NCBI GenBank assembly: GCA_965208905.1
Contig: OZ242365.1
Span: 1,792,001 to 1,856,000, forward strand
Origin: Nitrosopumilaceae archaeon
GTDB taxonomy: Archaea > Thermoproteota > Nitrososphaeria > Nitrososphaerales > Nitrosopumilaceae
DNA: 64,000 nt
Direction: 5' to 3'
In this document: piece after piece, positions 1-10,676 of the stretch
Position numbering within the stretch: position 1 is the first letter of the stretch
Layout of the letters: each line of letters opens with the position of its first letter
Notes under the pieces: model-generated
What the model saw: the letters and a program-made list of their open reading frames with translations, nothing else
What the model was told of the DNA's origin: nothing
The model's database searches: none
Made by a program: the position numbers and the translations under genes

Positions 1-278
1 GCGGTGTGCCTAATGCATTCGCATACAACGCATATGATGCAGTATGGTTAGCCGGACTAGCAATAGAGAGGACAGGTAGTACTGATCCAGCAGACATTGC
101 AGCAATATTGCCACGTCTAGCAGAATCCTATGCTAGTGGTGCCCTTAGCTCTACAGAACTGAACGAAGCAGGCGATCTTGCCTTGGCCATATATGGTACA
201 TGGCGTCTTAATGCCGACGATTGGTTCGTGGAAGACGTAATACACATAAACGACGAGAGCGTAGTTCCGTTTCAATAA
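1..278 (+). CDS. C-terminal part of an ABC-type solute-binding protein (periplasmic binding protein type 1, branched-chain amino acid-like); begins before the window
   Basis: AYNAYDAVWLAG...LNEAGDLA motifs; paralogous to the C-terminus of 45451..46623 (YAAYDAVWLLG...LSPGGDLA). Confidence 0.75.
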   Translation, partial: GVPNAFAYNAYDAVWLAGLAIERTGSTDPADIAAILPRLAESYASGALSSTELNEAGDLALAIYGTWRLNADDWFVEDVIHINDESVVPFQ

Positions 279-417
279 ACCATAAATCTAATTTTTATTT
301 GTTTTTTATTCATAAATACTATTTCATATTCGCTATCTTTAGAGCATGATGTATATCCGTGGAATACAGCCGTCCTGTCAAAAATACATTTATACCTGAA
401 CCATATAAACGCAACAT

Positions 418-1410
418 ATGAAAACACAGGCTGGACTATTGGCAATTATGATTTTAACGGGCGCTAGTAGTTTGGCATTTGCTGATAATCACAACATTCC
501 CCCAATCACATTCTCTGTTAATGCCGAAACATATGAAGAAGGCGACACTATTACAATATCTGGTACAATAAAGGATGTCGACTCAGAACTGCTAGGTGCA
601 GTTGTTGCACAAATTATTAGTCCCACAGGAAATCGGGTTGGATTTAGTCAGACTGTAGTGGATGTAAACAGTGGTGACTTTAGACTGGATATAACTGCTG
701 GAGGCCCACTCTGGTCAAATAGTGGAGATTATACCATATTACTGACATATAACGCAAATGATGTTGAAACTACAATATCATACGTACGTGTTGAACCTGA
801 ACCAGAACCCGTACTTCCAAACTGTGGTGAAGGCACCATGCTAGTTGGAGATACGTGTGAAATAATACCACCTGAACCAGAACCCGAACCTGTGGTAGTG
901 CCGCCACCTCCCCCTCCTCCAGAGCCCGAACCTGAACCCGAACCTATAGTTTGTGGAGAGGGGACGCAACTGGTTGATGGTAAATGTGAAGTAATACCTA
1001 CAACTCCCAGTGGCGGGTCATGTCTGATTGCCACAGCAGCATTTGGTACTGAATTGGCTCCCCAAGTCCAATACTTACGGGAGATTCGTGACAACACATT
1101 ACTGAGTACTTCATCAGGAGACTCATTTATGACTGGCTTTAACCAACTGTACTATACAATATCTCCCCCGATAGCCGACTTGGAAAGAGAGTATCCCGCA
1201 TTTCGTGAACTTGTAAGTCTGGCAATCACGCCCATGCTAGCATCATTATCCATCATGAGTTTAGCTGAAGAAGGCTCTGAAGTATCAGTGCTTGCCTTTG
1301 GAATCGGGGTAATAGCGCTCAATGTAATCATGTATGTACTGGCACCGACCTTGTTTGGCGTTAAAGCATATAGGCTAATACGCACTCCCAAAACCACTAA
1401 AACCATTTGA
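418..1410 (+). CDS. CFI-box-CTERM thaumarchaeal surface protein with Pro/Glu-rich linker
   Basis: Signal peptide, Ig-like N-domain, PEPEPE/PPPP linker, CGEGT motifs, GGSCLIATAAFGTELAPQVQYLREIRD box, C-terminal TM segment. Confidence 0.9.
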   Translation: MKTQAGLLAIMILTGASSLAFADNHNIPPITFSVNAETYEEGDTITISGTIKDVDSELLGAVVAQIISPTGNRVGFSQTVVDVNSGDFRLDITAGGPLWSNSGDYTILLTYNANDVETTISYVRVEPEPEPVLPNCGEGTMLVGDTCEIIPPEPEPEPVVVPPPPPPPEPEPEPEPIVCGEGTQLVDGKCEVIPTTPSGGSCLIATAAFGTELAPQVQYLREIRDNTLLSTSSGDSFMTGFNQLYYTISPPIADLEREYPAFRELVSLAITPMLASLSIMSLAEEGSEVSVLAFGIGVIALNVIMYVLAPTLFGVKAYRLIRTPKTTKTI

Positions 1411-1429
1411 AATACAATAAAGGATACGT

Positions 1430-1712
1430 GAGTGGGAATTTGCCCAACATGAATGAATCTAGTCCTGCCTTTGCGCAAGGTACGCATTTAGTCAACGTAT
1501 ACATGACTTACAGAATGTTATGATACATCAGCAGCATGCCACACAACATAACCATTAAGCATTACGTCCCTAAACTCATCAAAGCGTAGATATTTTACAT
1601 TGGAATCTGTCTGATGGATTCTAGATAGAACATTGGCCAAATCCTGTGAAGCTGTGCCTTGCGCAAGCATCGACAATCCTAAAGCAAATACGGCTACCAA
1701 AAAACATCTCAT
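1430..1712 (-). pseudogene. Possible decayed secreted (cupredoxin-like) gene
   Basis: Signal-peptide-like start; GYVVWHAADVS*HSVS then GLDSFMLG in another frame loosely resemble the blue-copper 'VTW.N.D...HTVT...FDSG' pattern; interrupted by stops. Confidence 0.25.
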
Positions 1713-1851
1713 CCATATTCCAATGGACCGTCAATCTATCTCACTCGTGAAGTAATTTCAAATCATTATGTGAATTTTCATATGCGTATAATCCAAACAG
1801 AAACAATATACAAATGCCCAGTGATATTCTAACAAGCAAGATTGCGAATGT

Positions 1852-2643
1852 TTAGATATCTTTTGTTTTATGCTTTGTTGTCCTTTTGTAATGATGCTTG
1901 GCAATTTTAGCGGCTGCCGCACCGGCAGCTACGCCCCCGTCTATATTTACTACTGTCAATCCCAATGCGCAACTCTGTAGCATTGATGACAAGGCAGCTG
2001 TACCACCAGCTCCATACCCATACCCTACAGATACAGGCACTCCTATGACTGGTATGTCCACAAGTGAAGCGACCAGTGTGGATAGAGTACCCTCCATACC
2101 AGCAGCCACCACTATACAATCAACTTCATCTTTTATCATCTCTTTTAGTACGGGGAATATCCTGTGGAGGCCAGCCACACCCACATCATACTCGCATACG
2201 GTATCACATAACATTGCTTTGCATATTAGACGGGCCTCTTCAGCTATGGGTATATCCGATGTCCCGGCGGTCAAAATCCCAACTAGGCCCCCGGTAGGGG
2301 TTAGAGGCTTGCGCCACAACAGTATACTACTACAGTTCTGACCTACATCTATACTGTATCCAAGAGACTCTGCATATGAGACAATATCATCTAAAACATC
2401 AGATTTTATTCGAGAGATCATCAGTGAATCTCTTGTATGCCGTTCTATGATCAATTTAATGTCGGAGAGTTGTTTTGACTCTGCAAGTATTACTTCGGGA
2501 ACTCCACGGCGATGCGCCCTACCGATATCTAGACGAACCGAATTCTCCAACTTTTCTATTGAATGTAATGATAACATCTTTCGGGCTTGCGCAGAGTCTA
2601 TCTTGTGTAGTTCCAAAGATCTTAAAATCTCATCTAGTTCCAA
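1852..2643 (-). CDS. larB: Nickel pincer cofactor biosynthesis protein LarB (PurE-like)
   Basis: RRGVPEVI, TAGTSDIPIAEEA, DVGVAGLHR, AGMEGTL, PVSVGYG, VVNIDGG motifs. Confidence 0.92.
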   Translation of the reverse strand: MELDEILRSLELHKIDSAQARKMLSLHSIEKLENSVRLDIGRAHRRGVPEVILAESKQLSDIKLIIERHTRDSLMISRIKSDVLDDIVSYAESLGYSIDVGQNCSSILLWRKPLTPTGGLVGILTAGTSDIPIAEEARLICKAMLCDTVCEYDVGVAGLHRIFPVLKEMIKDEVDCIVVAAGMEGTLSTLVASLVDIPVIGVPVSVGYGYGAGGTAALSSMLQSCALGLTVVNIDGGVAAGAAAAKIAKHHYKRTTKHKTKDI

Positions 2644-2656
2644 GGAGTTATCAATC

Positions 2657-3571
2657 CTAAAGCGACAAGCCAGAGATGGCAGACTTTACATTGGTCACAC
2701 CGGCATCAAAGATGAACCGTTCATCCTCATTCAACTCTAATTCTACAATACTTTCGATACCGTTACGACCAATCACTGCAGGAACACCGATGGCCACATC
2801 AGTGTGGCCGTACTCTCCATCAAGACGTGTAGACACAGGTAGCACATTACGACGATCACTCATTATGGACTCTACTATTACGGATATGGCATTTCCAGGA
2901 GCATGTACTGTGGCACCTTTCAGAGCAATTACCCGTGCAGCTACACCACGTGTATCTGTCACCAGATCATTTGCCTCTTCTGATTTTATCAGGCTCATCA
3001 AAGGTATGCCTGAGACAGAAGCAAATCGTACGAGTGGAAGCATCTTCTCTCCATGTTCACCAATCACCAATGCGTGTATGGCGTGTCTGGAATAATTTGT
3101 CGTTTCATGTATGAATTGCTGAAATCTGGACACATCCAACATATTTCCCATACCCAACACCCTACTCCGCTCAAAACCAGTGACGTGTTGTATCACATAC
3201 GTCATTGGGTCTAGCGGATTTGTTACAGGTACTACTATGCAGTCAGGTGCAAATTTTTTGATATTTGTGGCTACATCGGTGACAATGCTTGCGTTCTTTT
3301 TTAGCAGATCCATTCTTGTCATGCCTGGTTTTCTTCCCGAACCAGCAACCACTACTATGATATCTGAGCCAGCCATGTCCTCGTAGCTGTTGGAACCACG
3401 CACCTTAACATCAATACCTTGTTCTGAGAGTGCATGGTTCAGGTCCATTGCCTCACCCTGAGGCAAACCTTCAACTACATCAAGTAGCAGTATGTCTCTA
3501 TCCACCCTCTTTAGTGCCGAGAAAAGAGCGGCACTGCCTCCAACCTTGCCGGATCCAACTATGGTAAGCAT
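2657..3571 (-). CDS. mdh: Malate dehydrogenase (LDH-like)
   Basis: [11 protein letters not shown] Rossmann start (ATG 3571), [22 protein letters not shown]. Confidence 0.93.
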   Translation of the reverse strand: MLTIVGSGKVGGSAALFSALKRVDRDILLLDVVEGLPQGEAMDLNHALSEQGIDVKVRGSNSYEDMAGSDIIVVVAGSGRKPGMTRMDLLKKNASIVTDVATNIKKFAPDCIVVPVTNPLDPMTYVIQHVTGFERSRVLGMGNMLDVSRFQQFIHETTNYSRHAIHALVIGEHGEKMLPLVRFASVSGIPLMSLIKSEEANDLVTDTRGVAARVIALKGATVHAPGNAISVIVESIMSDRRNVLPVSTRLDGEYGHTDVAIGVPAVIGRNGIESIVELELNEDERFIFDAGVTNVKSAISGLSL

Positions 3572-3812
3572 GTCTGAATGTAACTGATTGGATGTAAATA
3601 AATCTAAGTGTACATGGCTGTACTGACTCAACTGTATACTTGAAGTGATATTGTTTTATTATGGGATATCTGAAGTTTGAATGCCTAAATGACCAACCAC
3701 TATATTTTTGATGTATAATATTGGGAACTATATGCGAAGTTAGCGCATAATGCGGCATGGCATTAGTAGTCTTTAAACGAGCCGATTCCCATATAATACA
3801 ATATGTCCCTCA

Positions 3813-4020
3813 AGTGACTCCCACATCAACATGACTCGTATGCAAGCGGGCTATGTGGGTAGGATACGCAACACTTAGGGTTCCTCCCGCAAAGTCGGGT
3901 GATTACACCCCCGCCATGCGGGATAGTCTGTCAGCCCAGTTGCTCCAGCAACCCTGTATGAGTGGTGTGGGACACAGTATTACATCCACACCACGACGGA
4001 CTTCGCCCAGACTGGCCGAA
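3813..4020 (-). ncRNA. Putative omegaRNA/right-end region of the TnpB element
   Basis: Overlaps and follows the tnpB 3' end; dense short hairpins (cccg/cggg, gggtg/caccc, cccgc/gcggg, cccacat/atgtggg); minus strand ends ...GGGAGTCAC, resembling IS200/IS605 right ends. Confidence 0.45.
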
Positions 4021-5466
4021 ACCTGACGACCATATCGTGATACGGCGCTTGTTCGCCGTATGTTCTCCACTGTATTGACATCGCGATCTACGCCAACTAT
4101 ATGGCAGCGGGTGCAGTCTTTTCTATGATAAGTTCCAGTTAGTATGGTTCTGCATGCAGCACACAACTTGGATGTGTTGTGTGGACGCATATGTAATGCC
4201 TCCACTCCCAAAAACCGGGACTTTTCATAAATTAAATCCGATGCCTTTCGCATCATGGCAGAATGTAATCTGCGACGCATGCTGCGTCCAAACTTTCCAC
4301 CCTTCTGCCAATTGTACGATATGTGGGTTAAATCCTCCAACATAACCAAACACCCGGATTGTGCGGCCCACTGTGCAATGCATAGTGCTATCACGTTCAG
4401 CACATGTTCGTGGTGGCGCATGGCTTTGGCTACCCTGCGCTTTTTAGCACTCTTTTTTGACTTTGTGTGGTTATGTGGTATGCTCAATACGCATCTGCTT
4501 CTTTATCTCGGCGACCCTCTTGTGTTTGCCCTCCCTCTTGAGTTTCCTGTATCTGCGTTTGAGTTTGCTGTGTAACTTGTGACCACCATGTGCGACTTGT
4601 TGCTTTTCTCTGCGTTCCTCCTCTTTCTTGTGTGTAATGCGCCTTCCGGTACGTGCCGCATATGTGATATTATCATGTGTACGTGTATACGTATTGTTTG
4701 CATCCTCAGTCTTTGCCTCCTCAATGGCCTGTATCGTATCGGATAGATCAAACTGTACCACCGTATTTTTATCACCTACGGTGATGTTCTTTTCATTAAT
4801 ATCCACGCCAATTACATCCCTTGGTGTGCCGCCCACACAACCCACATCCGTAAGCAACTCGATAATCTCTGACTTGCCGTGTGGGTGGGGTCTTTCAACC
4901 TCGGGCACTTTATTATGATATGTTATGGTGTATGTGGTTGGCGTAATCCATAACTTGCCCAACTCATTTTGTCTTATTTTACGTACCACATCTGAAGAGA
5001 TAGGAATTGCTATCATATGTGGGTGTTTTGATGAGCCAACATTTGCAATAGCCATATATCCACCCGCTATCGGATTCAGCCTCCAATTTTGGTTTTTTAA
5101 CTTTACAACCGGATTACAGAATACAGGTTCAGATACCTTCATGCCCTGTGCAGTCTTCGTATTGTACGTTTTATGGGCGGCAACCCCGTCCCGTATGGCG
5201 GTCTGCGTTATGGACGAATATACTTTGGGGTCAGGACCGCGCATTATACGATATATCAATGCGTTAACACCATAGGTATTCCTCCCTGTATTATTCGCTA
5301 TAATGTACGCCACTTCTGCTACCTTCCTGACATGTTCAAACACATGCCGCATACCCAAATTTTTTGTGTATGGACGTGTTACTGCCCTGCCATTTTTTAC
5401 AAGAGCCATCATACAGTACGGTTTAATGACGTATTTAACGCTATCCAATGACACATCAACCATCAC
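3903..5466 (-). pseudogene. tnpB: TnpB-family RNA-guided nuclease (IS200/IS605/IS1341-type), split by one frameshift into 4471..5466 and 3903..4487
   Basis: RuvC-I VIGVDINE, RuvC-II VMLEDL, TSKLCAAC..CTRC zinc finger, RuvC-III DRDVN; frameshift confined to about 4474-4502; no adjacent tnpA. Confidence 0.85.
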
Positions 5467-5626
5467 CTGACTTTGTGGGAGGAATCACACTTAGTAATTT
5501 GTATATAACTGGGCGGCAGAGAGCGCCACAATAGTACCCTATACTATTTGAGATCATTCTGACATAAAATAATGACTGTAGTAGAACCAACAGAGTTTAT
5601 ATGAATTTGATGTATCATAACACTCC

Positions 5627-6844
5627 ATGGTACTGGTAATAGACCCCCGGCAGGCAGGTATATCTGGAGACATGATGTTGTCTGCTCTTGTGGATATGCG
5701 GGGAGACGGTGATGCGCTATGCAAAAATATACAGAAATGCGCAAAGTACCTAGAAGGCTCAACAATAAACAGTATCCATTTTCAAAAGACAGCCCGCAAC
5801 GGTATGGCGTGTACGCAGCTAAAACTGAACATAACTGACCCTCATTTTAGACCTGCGTCCGAGATAATATCTGCTATTGAAAAGTCCGTAGAGTATCTGA
5901 AACTCTCAAAACCAGCAAAAATGTTTGCAGAGCGTACTGTGCATGCTCTGGTATCTGCAGAATCTCAAATACATGATACTACATTAGACTCGACAGAACT
6001 ACACGAGCTCTCCTCTGTTGACACACTGGTGGACATTGTTGGAGTGGCCCTGGCGCTTGATGGAATAAATGCATTTCAGAACAATGTGATTATTATGCCG
6101 GTAAATGTGGGTGGCGGTACTGTAAAATTTGCGCATGGAACAATGTATAATCCAGCTCCCTCCATACTAAATATATTATCTAATGCACAGATTCCGATAT
6201 TTGGCGGACCAGAAGGCACAGAGACAACAACTCCTACTGGTGCTGCTATTGTGGCAGGACTTGCGGGAACTACGATGCCGTTTTATCCCCATATTGTACC
6301 AAAGTATATCGGATATGGTGCTGGCTCCAAAGATGTCACTAACTTTGCCAACGTACTTTTATTGGTACAGGGTGATGACTACACCGAAACATCATATGAT
6401 ACAATATCTGTTATAGAGACCAATGTGGATGATATATCCGGTGAAGTTATAGGTGATCTAATATCCACACTCCTGAATCATGGAGCCTTGGATGCCACCA
6501 TTCATACCCGTATAGGCAAGAAAGGCAGACCGGTTCATGTAATTTCAGTTATGTGCGCCCATATCTTAGTAAGCAATATTACAGATGTACTTGTACGTTA
6601 CACAGGTACATTGGGAGTGCGCCTTACTACTACTCATAGATATACAGTACCAAGACAAGATGCGACCATTACAGTTACAATCGATCAAGCAGAATATACA
6701 TTTCGTTACAAATCCCACAAACACAGACAGACATCAGACTTTAAGATAGAGTTTGATGATATTGCAGATGCTGCAAAGAAGACAGGCATGAACGCCCGTA
6801 CAGTAGAGCGGTTAGTCAGGAGGCATATTGAAGAGAATAGATGA
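5627..6844 (+). CDS. larC: Nickel insertase LarC
   Basis: AGISGDMMLSAL, HELSSVDTLVDIVG, AHG..PAP, TPTGAA, IETNVDD, KKGRP. Confidence 0.92.
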   Translation: MVLVIDPRQAGISGDMMLSALVDMRGDGDALCKNIQKCAKYLEGSTINSIHFQKTARNGMACTQLKLNITDPHFRPASEIISAIEKSVEYLKLSKPAKMFAERTVHALVSAESQIHDTTLDSTELHELSSVDTLVDIVGVALALDGINAFQNNVIIMPVNVGGGTVKFAHGTMYNPAPSILNILSNAQIPIFGGPEGTETTTPTGAAIVAGLAGTTMPFYPHIVPKYIGYGAGSKDVTNFANVLLLVQGDDYTETSYDTISVIETNVDDISGEVIGDLISTLLNHGALDATIHTRIGKKGRPVHVISVMCAHILVSNITDVLVRYTGTLGVRLTTTHRYTVPRQDATITVTIDQAEYTFRYKSHKHRQTSDFKIEFDDIADAAKKTGMNARTVERLVRRHIEENR

Positions 6845-7610
6845 TATAGTGGAGTGGTTTTCAGAGACTCCATCAGTTATTGTGGCACTGTCTGGAGGGG
6901 TGGATAGTGCTTTGGTGGCATACGCCGCCCACAACTCGTCACACACCAAAGCCATGGCTGTGACCGCCGACTATATGACTCTGGCAGAGGATGAACTCAA
7001 ATCCGCCAAGAATGTGGCGTTGCAGATAGGAATAAAACATCACATAATTCAATACAGCGAACTGAATGATGAAGAGTTCACAAAGAACGATAAAAATCGA
7101 TGCTATCATTGCAGGACGCAGATGGGCCAGCGACTACGGGCACTAGCAGATGAAACAAAATACCATGCTATAGTGGATGGGACCAATGCTGATGATGTAT
7201 TTGATTATAGGCCCGGAATGCGCGCCATAGCTGAGCACGGCATACAGAGTCCCTTGCTGGAGCTTGGCATCAAAAAGTCACATATCCGAACATTGGCTCT
7301 TCAAGCAGGACTTGACGTGCACGACAGACCATCAAATTCATGCCTAGCTTCTAGGATACCTTGGGGCAGGCGTATTACGGCACAGATGCTGGCGCGCATA
7401 GAGATGGCAGAAAAGTATGTGAAAGATATAGTTCCTGTCGGCCCTGTCCGTGTACGAGACATTAATGGTACTGCGCGCATTGAGGTATCAAAAGATTGCA
7501 TACAACAGATTCACAGCCATGTGGATAGACTAGATGAGAGCTTACGTCTATTGGGATTTGACAGTGTAGTTATACGTGAATATGTCAGTGGAGGTGCTAA
7601 TACACAGTGA
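6828..7610 (+). CDS. larE: ATP-dependent sulfur transferase LarE
   Basis: PP-loop SGGVDS, RCYHC, DGTNADD..DYRPG, SCLASRIP. Confidence 0.93.
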   Translation: MKRIDDIVEWFSETPSVIVALSGGVDSALVAYAAHNSSHTKAMAVTADYMTLAEDELKSAKNVALQIGIKHHIIQYSELNDEEFTKNDKNRCYHCRTQMGQRLRALADETKYHAIVDGTNADDVFDYRPGMRAIAEHGIQSPLLELGIKKSHIRTLALQAGLDVHDRPSNSCLASRIPWGRRITAQMLARIEMAEKYVKDIVPVGPVRVRDINGTARIEVSKDCIQQIHSHVDRLDESLRLLGFDSVVIREYVSGGANTQ

Positions 7611-8761
7611 TATACATGGACAATGCTGCATCCACACCCATAAACAAAGATGTTGTGACTGTCATGCTACGCTACATGGAGCAGACGTACGGAAATCCCT
7701 CATCCATACACAGGGAAGGCAGAATGGCCAGGCGTGGCGTAGAGGATGCTCGAAGACATGTGGCTGATCTAATAAATGCAGACTCCTCGGAGATATTCTT
7801 TACGTCTGGAGGTACTGAATCAAATAACGCGATACTGCGCAACCCAAATTATAACAATATAATAACAACACAGATAGAGCACGACTCTGTACTAGAACCG
7901 TGTCGGTCTCGCGTAGCGCAAGAGAGTGACCGCGTAAACATAACGTATCTGCCGCCAGATGAGTTTGGTATGATATCGCCCGAATCACTAGAATCTGCTA
8001 TAACCAGGCATACGGATTTGGTCAGTATTATGACTGCCAACAACGAGGTGGGTACGATTCAGCCGATTGAAGAGATATCTGCAGTATGCAAAAAGTACAA
8101 TGTGCGCCTTCATACTGATATGGTACAAGCTGTAGGCAAAATACCCATAGATGTCAAGAGGATGGGTGTTGATGTCGCATCCATATCATCACACAAACTT
8201 GGGGGCCCAAAAGGAATAGGTGCTCTATACATACGCAATGGTGTAGAATTAAGTCCACTAATTTATGGTGGAGGGCAGGAGAAGGGATTCCGATCCGGTA
8301 CAGAGAACGTACCAGCAATAGTGGGATTTGGTCAGGCATGCCTTATATCTAAACAACAACTACAAAGCAATGCACAACACGTAAAATCCCTACGAGATGC
8401 AATGGTGGACGGCATAGTATCAAAAATATCACATGTGGCGTACAATGGTCATCCCCTGCATAGACTACCGGGAAATGCCCATTTGGCATTTTTGGGTGTC
8501 AACGGTGAAGATATGATAATCAAACTTGATGAATATGGTATAGCTGCATCCACAGGTTCAGCTTGCTCCGTTCACACACAAAAAGAGTCACACGTTCTTC
8601 GTGCTATGAATCTGCCCAATGATGTCATATCTGGCTCCCTGAGACTAACTTTGGGTCCTAACAACACAATGACCGATATAGATTCTGTGGTATCTACAAT
8701 AAAGAATGTCGTAGCAGAGTTGCGTCGGGTCTCACCACTTAAAGAAAAGTACGCATTCTAA
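7607..8761 (+). CDS. iscS: Cysteine desulfurase (IscS/NifS family)
   Basis: YMDNAAST, FTSGGTESNN, SSHKLGGPKG, STGSACS; GTGA overlap with larE. Confidence 0.92.
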   Translation: MIYMDNAASTPINKDVVTVMLRYMEQTYGNPSSIHREGRMARRGVEDARRHVADLINADSSEIFFTSGGTESNNAILRNPNYNNIITTQIEHDSVLEPCRSRVAQESDRVNITYLPPDEFGMISPESLESAITRHTDLVSIMTANNEVGTIQPIEEISAVCKKYNVRLHTDMVQAVGKIPIDVKRMGVDVASISSHKLGGPKGIGALYIRNGVELSPLIYGGGQEKGFRSGTENVPAIVGFGQACLISKQQLQSNAQHVKSLRDAMVDGIVSKISHVAYNGHPLHRLPGNAHLAFLGVNGEDMIIKLDEYGIAASTGSACSVHTQKESHVLRAMNLPNDVISGSLRLTLGPNNTMTDIDSVVSTIKNVVAELRRVSPLKEKYAF

Positions 8762-9533
8762 AGCGGGAGAGTATGGATGCGGTTACAATTCCGCCAATCA
8801 ATATGATAAAGACGGAGCTAAACTCGGGGACCACCTGAGTACCAACTATCATTATATCTGTGGTGTCAGCATCAAAATTTATGACAACACGACGTATATC
8901 CTGCCCCATGTCATCAACATGATCTCTCTGCACTCCGTTTACCAGTGTGATGTATTGCGCATCCCCTCCATCGTTATGTATGGAGTCTATATACTCCCGG
9001 GGCAAATCCAACAGTATGCGGCCACTCTGTTCTGCGTCTATGGATATCTGTATGGCCAAATTCTCGTAATCTACCTGCATACTATTTACATCTCCTCCAC
9101 GTATGGAATATGATACATCAAATGTCCCCCCACGTCCATCTGCCACCTCGAACATTCCCAGTGTATCTTCTATACTCTTGGTAGCATACTCAAAGTATTG
9201 ACTGGTGTTATCGTGACCATACCAAACACGAACGGTATACTGGCCATCGTGAACCCACTGTGAACCTTGCGTGTTCACTAAATAAGTAAATGTGCCATCC
9301 TGCGCAACATCAAACTGGTCTACCAATAGTACTGTGCTGCGATATAGTACCTGTAGGCGCATCTGCTCGTCAGGTAATGTGGTTGGCACCTTGCCGTATA
9401 CAACCATTGTGTCGCCGTCTTCGTATGATGTACTATCTAAGTTCAACTGAATACTGTTCTCTTGAGCTGCCACGCTACCAACACATGATGCCGCTATAAC
9501 GACAACTAAAATCATGAAGAGTGTGTTTGACAT
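8739..9533 (-). CDS. PEFG-CTERM-like surface protein
   Basis: Signal peptide; C-terminal GTQVVPEFS + TM + basic tail. Confidence 0.85.
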   Translation of the reverse strand: MSNTLFMILVVVIAASCVGSVAAQENSIQLNLDSTSYEDGDTMVVYGKVPTTLPDEQMRLQVLYRSTVLLVDQFDVAQDGTFTYLVNTQGSQWVHDGQYTVRVWYGHDNTSQYFEYATKSIEDTLGMFEVADGRGGTFDVSYSIRGGDVNSMQVDYENLAIQISIDAEQSGRILLDLPREYIDSIHNDGGDAQYITLVNGVQRDHVDDMGQDIRRVVINFDADTTDIMIVGTQVVPEFSSVFIILIGGIVTASILSRFRMRTFL

Positions 9534-9632
9534 TGCTATCAGAGATAAGGTCTGTTTATCATATTATAGTATTGCTAAGGGGTTTGGGAATTATCCAAAT
9601 AACTAAAATTCTACCGGCTGTCGGATATGACA

Positions 9633-10676
9633 TCTATTGTGCGGAAATTAGTTCGCCCTAACTTTAGACTGCCAACCAAAGAATATTTTAGTCTATATAG
9701 ATCACGCAAACCCATGAGAGTCAATCTGACACAGAAGCAGATAGATTATATCATTCGACAATGCAGGAAAGGTAGTAGTACATCACACATTGCTACAGAG
9801 ATGAAGATTAGCCAGAGACGCGTACAACAACTCTGGGCAATGTATCGTGCAACGGGCAAGATTCCCACACTACAAATGCCAGGCAGACCCAAGATTCCTC
9901 CCACCGAGGAGCAAACCAACGTCGTACTAGCAGCACATCGTATAATGCCAGCAGGCGTCACAAGGATCACCAAGTACTTAAATCACAAGGGCATACAAAT
10001 AAGTGAAAAAACGGTATACACAATCATGAAAGAAAACAATATGGTCACTCCATCTGCAGCAAAATCGCGCAGGCGTAAATGGATACGCTATGAGCGCAGA
10101 TACTCCAATGCGATGTGGCATACGGACTGGCATGCGATGAAAGATCCACGTTTTCAAGGCTACCAATTAATCACATATCTTGATGATGCGTCAAGATGTG
10201 TGGTTGGAGCCATGATATTCAAGGGGGCCACATCCGAGAACGCGGTAACAGTCCTGCAAAATAGCATTGTTGAGTTTGGAACCCCGGCCACCATACTCTC
10301 CGACAACGGATCGTGCTTTGTGGGTGTGAGAAGAAAGATTCCTGCAAAATCATGGACCCCCACTATATTTGAGGCAGAGCTGCTTGACCGGGGTATTGAG
10401 TTGATCAACACCCGCCCCTACCACCCACAAACAAACGGCAAGCTTGAACGGTTCCACCGCACCTTGGAAGAAGAACTATGTCATTTTGGCAGCCTAGCGG
10501 AGTTTGTCGCGTACTACAACGAGGTGCGACTGCACTGGTCTTTAGACATAAACAATGGCGAGACCCCGCTACAGGCATTTCACAACAAAAAAGTACCAGA
10601 TGATGTCAGGAAGAGTGACTTAGAATGGATGGAGAGGGACACCGATGACTAGGCGAAATAATTTCGACATAATACA
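9633..10676 (+). mobile_element. IS481-like insertion sequence with 16-bp target duplication
   Basis: Imperfect TIRs tctattgtgcggaaattagttcgcc / ggcgaaataatttcgacataataca; flanking direct repeat gctgtcggatatgaca at 9617-9632 and 10677-10692. Confidence 0.9.
9714..10652 (+). CDS. IS481-family (rve DDE) transposase
   Basis: HTH N-terminus; WHTDW, LDDASR, LSDNGSCF, HPQTNGKLERFH, YNEVRLH; apparently intact, 312 aa from ATG 9714. Confidence 0.92.
   Translation: MRVNLTQKQIDYIIRQCRKGSSTSHIATEMKISQRRVQQLWAMYRATGKIPTLQMPGRPKIPPTEEQTNVVLAAHRIMPAGVTRITKYLNHKGIQISEKTVYTIMKENNMVTPSAAKSRRRKWIRYERRYSNAMWHTDWHAMKDPRFQGYQLITYLDDASRCVVGAMIFKGATSENAVTVLQNSIVEFGTPATILSDNGSCFVGVRRKIPAKSWTPTIFEAELLDRGIELINTRPYHPQTNGKLERFHRTLEEELCHFGSLAEFVAYYNEVRLHWSLDINNGETPLQAFHNKKVPDDVRKSDLEWMERDTDD

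Noticed and set aside
790-960. cctgaaccagaacc-type short repeats as a CRISPR or VNTR
   Set aside because: They encode the PEPEPE linker of the CFI-box protein; there are no spacers.
3700-5620. Cas12f/Cas14 CRISPR locus
   Set aside because: No repeat-spacer array or cas1/2/4 seen; best treated as TnpB.
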